This document shows, one piece after another, positions 61,378 to 64,000 of a stretch of DNA of 64,000 nt (position 1 is the stretch's first letter; each line of letters begins with the position of its first letter). Below the pieces are notes generated by a model. The model was not told where the DNA came from. It did not search any database and saw only the letters and a program-made list of their open reading frames with translations. A program made the translations under genes and the position numbers. This stretch comes from Octopus sinensis (lineage: Eukaryota): the NCBI RefSeq assembly GCF_006345805.1, contig NC_043005.1:70618001-70682000 (forward strand), written 5' to 3'.

Positions 61378-61562
61378 ATCATCATCATCATCATCATTAT
61401 TTAATGTCCATTATCCATGTTGGCATAGGTTGTACAGTTTGACCAGAGCTGGCAAGCTGGAGAACTGCACCAAACTCCAGTCAGATTTGGTTTAGTTTCA
61501 ACGGCTGGGTGTCCTTCCTAATGCCAACCACTTTACAGAGTATACAGGGTGCTTTTACGTAC
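61378..61562 (-). mobile_element. RTE LINE 3' UTR fragment
   Basis: (CAT)n plus ccttcctaatgccaaccact. Confidence 0.8.
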
Positions 61563-61999
61563 TTTTATGCATTTAACATACTCACCAATGCTGCTGAACG
61601 ATTTTCATCCCCGTTGATATGTTTTAACACTGGACAATAGTGTAACATGTATGCAAAGTTTCATGAATATTGGTTCGCTGGTTTAGGCACAACGATAGAC
61701 AGATCAAAACTACCATATGTATGTGTATATATATATATATATATATATAAGAAAATTTGTTGTTGAAAATGCACCAAAATTTGAAAAACTTGTAATTTCT
61801 TTTAAATAAATTTATTTACATACATACCAAACTAGCTTCAACAATATTTTTTATTTATCCGTGGTAAAAATTCTGAATTATGTATTAGAAAAATACATGT
61901 TTGAAGGTTTCAATGTTTACAAGTTTCAATAATATAAAATATGATTTAAATGTTCATAACATTCAATAATATAAAACATTCAATAGTGTTAGTAGTAAT

Positions 62000-62876
62000 C
62001 GATAAGAAATGTGGAGCATCAAAGTTTCGGTCATACTGAGCTAAAAGGGAGAAAACAAGGGAGAAATGATACTAAAAAAGGGTTTGGTTTACAGTTTCTG
62101 TGATTCTTTTTTCCGTCGTTTTCAGGGACTTTCGCTTGTAACGGCGTTTTTTGGAATCCGGTGTATTTATAATTTTTTTCTATGAACGGATCAGATTTTT
62201 GATTCGTTAAAGAACTAGAGACGTCTTATTTTTCTGGTGGTCGATTTTGTCGTTCTGCCTGGTTGGCTTCCATGTGAGGGACGGTCATCAGCCGTTCCAC
62301 TTCGTTGATTCTCTAAAAGGGTCGTGCTGTTGTATTTGCTGAAGTTCAGTTTTGATCGGAGGTAAAATTTCATTGGTCTAGAGTTAGGTGACGTCAGCAA
62401 CTGGTGTTTGTATGGTGTTATTGTGTGGGGATTTGAATTTGCAGTTTCGAAACCCACGTGGGAAGTCTGTCACTTAAGTTCTTTGAATTATGTCTGTTGT
62501 ATCTGGCTGCTTTTTGTGTGGATAAATTCGGTCTCTTTTACTTTTTCTCTTTGGTGTTTTTTCGTCTTTCTAAGGGATATTCAGCTGTGGTTTATATTTT
62601 GTAATGAGCATGTTTCCTTATTTAAACGGAATTGGGTTGAAGTGCTTCGGTGCATTGATAGAGAGGGAAGATTTGGTATTTCGGGCATTAGTCTAGGTGT
62701 TTGCTTACAGCTAATTTTCCTGGTCGTGAGGTCCTGGATTTGTTGCCTGTGTACCGTTAGTCTGTCCCTCTGCTTTGAAGAACTTAACCTATGTTCGCAA
62801 ATTTGAAGGGTGCGGTGGAGACTACATAGATCAAACTAGTTTGACCTTGAGGGACAGACTAACGTACATAGGCAAC
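62000..62876 (-). mobile_element. Penelope-like element 3' end (GIY-YIG) with an inverted 5' segment (62771-62876 on plus)
   Basis: Plus: KNLTYVRKFEGCGGDYIDQTSLTLRDRLT; minus: RDRLTVHRQQIQD..PKYQIFPLYQC..RLNKE..TKYKPQLN. Confidence 0.85.
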
Positions 62877-64000
62877 TATCGTTCTGTTTTCATGTAAGGG
62901 AACTCTTACTTCATGCACCCTTGAAAGTATGATGCAAACTAATGATATGCTGACAGGAGTTGAGACAACTACAACTCTGCTCCCAGAAACTAATTTTCAA
63001 ATATACCAATTATAAACAAATGATTAGATATACGCTTGTACATGCACATAACATATATATCACTGGGCTACGAACCAAATGCTCTCACAAGGCTTTGATC
63101 AACCTGGGGCTATATTAAAAGATTACATTAAAACACATATATCCAAGATATCACTCCGTAGAAACGAACTCTAAATCATGTTGTCGAAATTTACGAACAT
63201 TTACACATAGAGTTGTGTGTGTGAGCATACAGATGCATAGATGTATGCATACATACATACATACATACATACATACATACATACATACATACATACATAC
63301 ATACATACATACATACATACATACATACATACGTTTACATGCATGTTTACATTTGCGATTCTCTGAAAAATTCTCTTAACTAAAATCGGTGATATTGTCA
63401 TTTTCCCTGTAAACAAATCAACCACTGGCTTTGTATTTGCGAAGACGTTTATAGTAAGTTATTCCTAATTTGGAAAATAGGTAAAAGTTAGTCAATGATA
63501 TGGCCATCAGCTATACAATAATGCATTGATTATAGATTTTGTCTAACTCAAGCTAGCATGCAAATCGAACATAGGAATGAATATACGTACATATATATGA
63601 ACATTTTTTAAACAAAAACCGGGGAGATTAGAAATCCAAACGGGCCCTTATAATGTAAAATTACAAGATGTATAACTTGATAAGATATTTCGACAACGTT
63701 CAGAAAACACACAAATGAATATATGATTATGTTTATATGTCATTCTGGGGCATTTTCTTTCAGTATTGTACAACCAAATTTTCTATATGATCCACGGTAA
63801 CATGGCTTTTAAACAAATCTTTGTAGCTACATAGGTTCCCATCTTAAGTTTTGTTTACCTTCAGTTAAATCATATGCCTTTTGAATAATGTAACTAAAAC
63901 CTACAACTAATTCAACATCAACTTAGCGATACGTTTGCTCTTTCTTTTATTTCGTTTTCTTAGTATTTGCTTTGTTTGATTTAGCTAATATCTCAAATTA

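Overview
This is eukaryotic, AT-rich, repeat-saturated DNA, and I can support no intact host protein-coding gene. The tRNA-derived SINE families, RTE LINE tails and microsatellite density point to a cephalopod (Octopus-like) genome; this is inferred from recognised repeats, not from a search. Almost all listed ORFs are microsatellite or SINE artefacts. Real content: four SINE families (about 35 copies); decayed RTE, R4/Dong-like and Penelope-like (GIY-YIG) retroelements; mariner/Tc1, Chapaev3-like, FLYWCH/MULE, hAT, pogo and piggyBac relics; three Helitron-type ends/elements; a U6 snRNA fragment; and a 6.5 kb tandem array of a ~0.5 kb unit joined by (ATT)n, followed by a 1.9 kb (ATT)n tract. 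The most interesting signal is about a dozen type I hammerhead ribozyme motifs of different sequence, mostly in short non-coding cassettes next to microsatellites. One has an intact core (6512-6604) and one is fused behind a tRNA-like Pol III head with a terminal fold-back (20523-20836). Coordinates were read by eye, so repeat boundaries are approximate.
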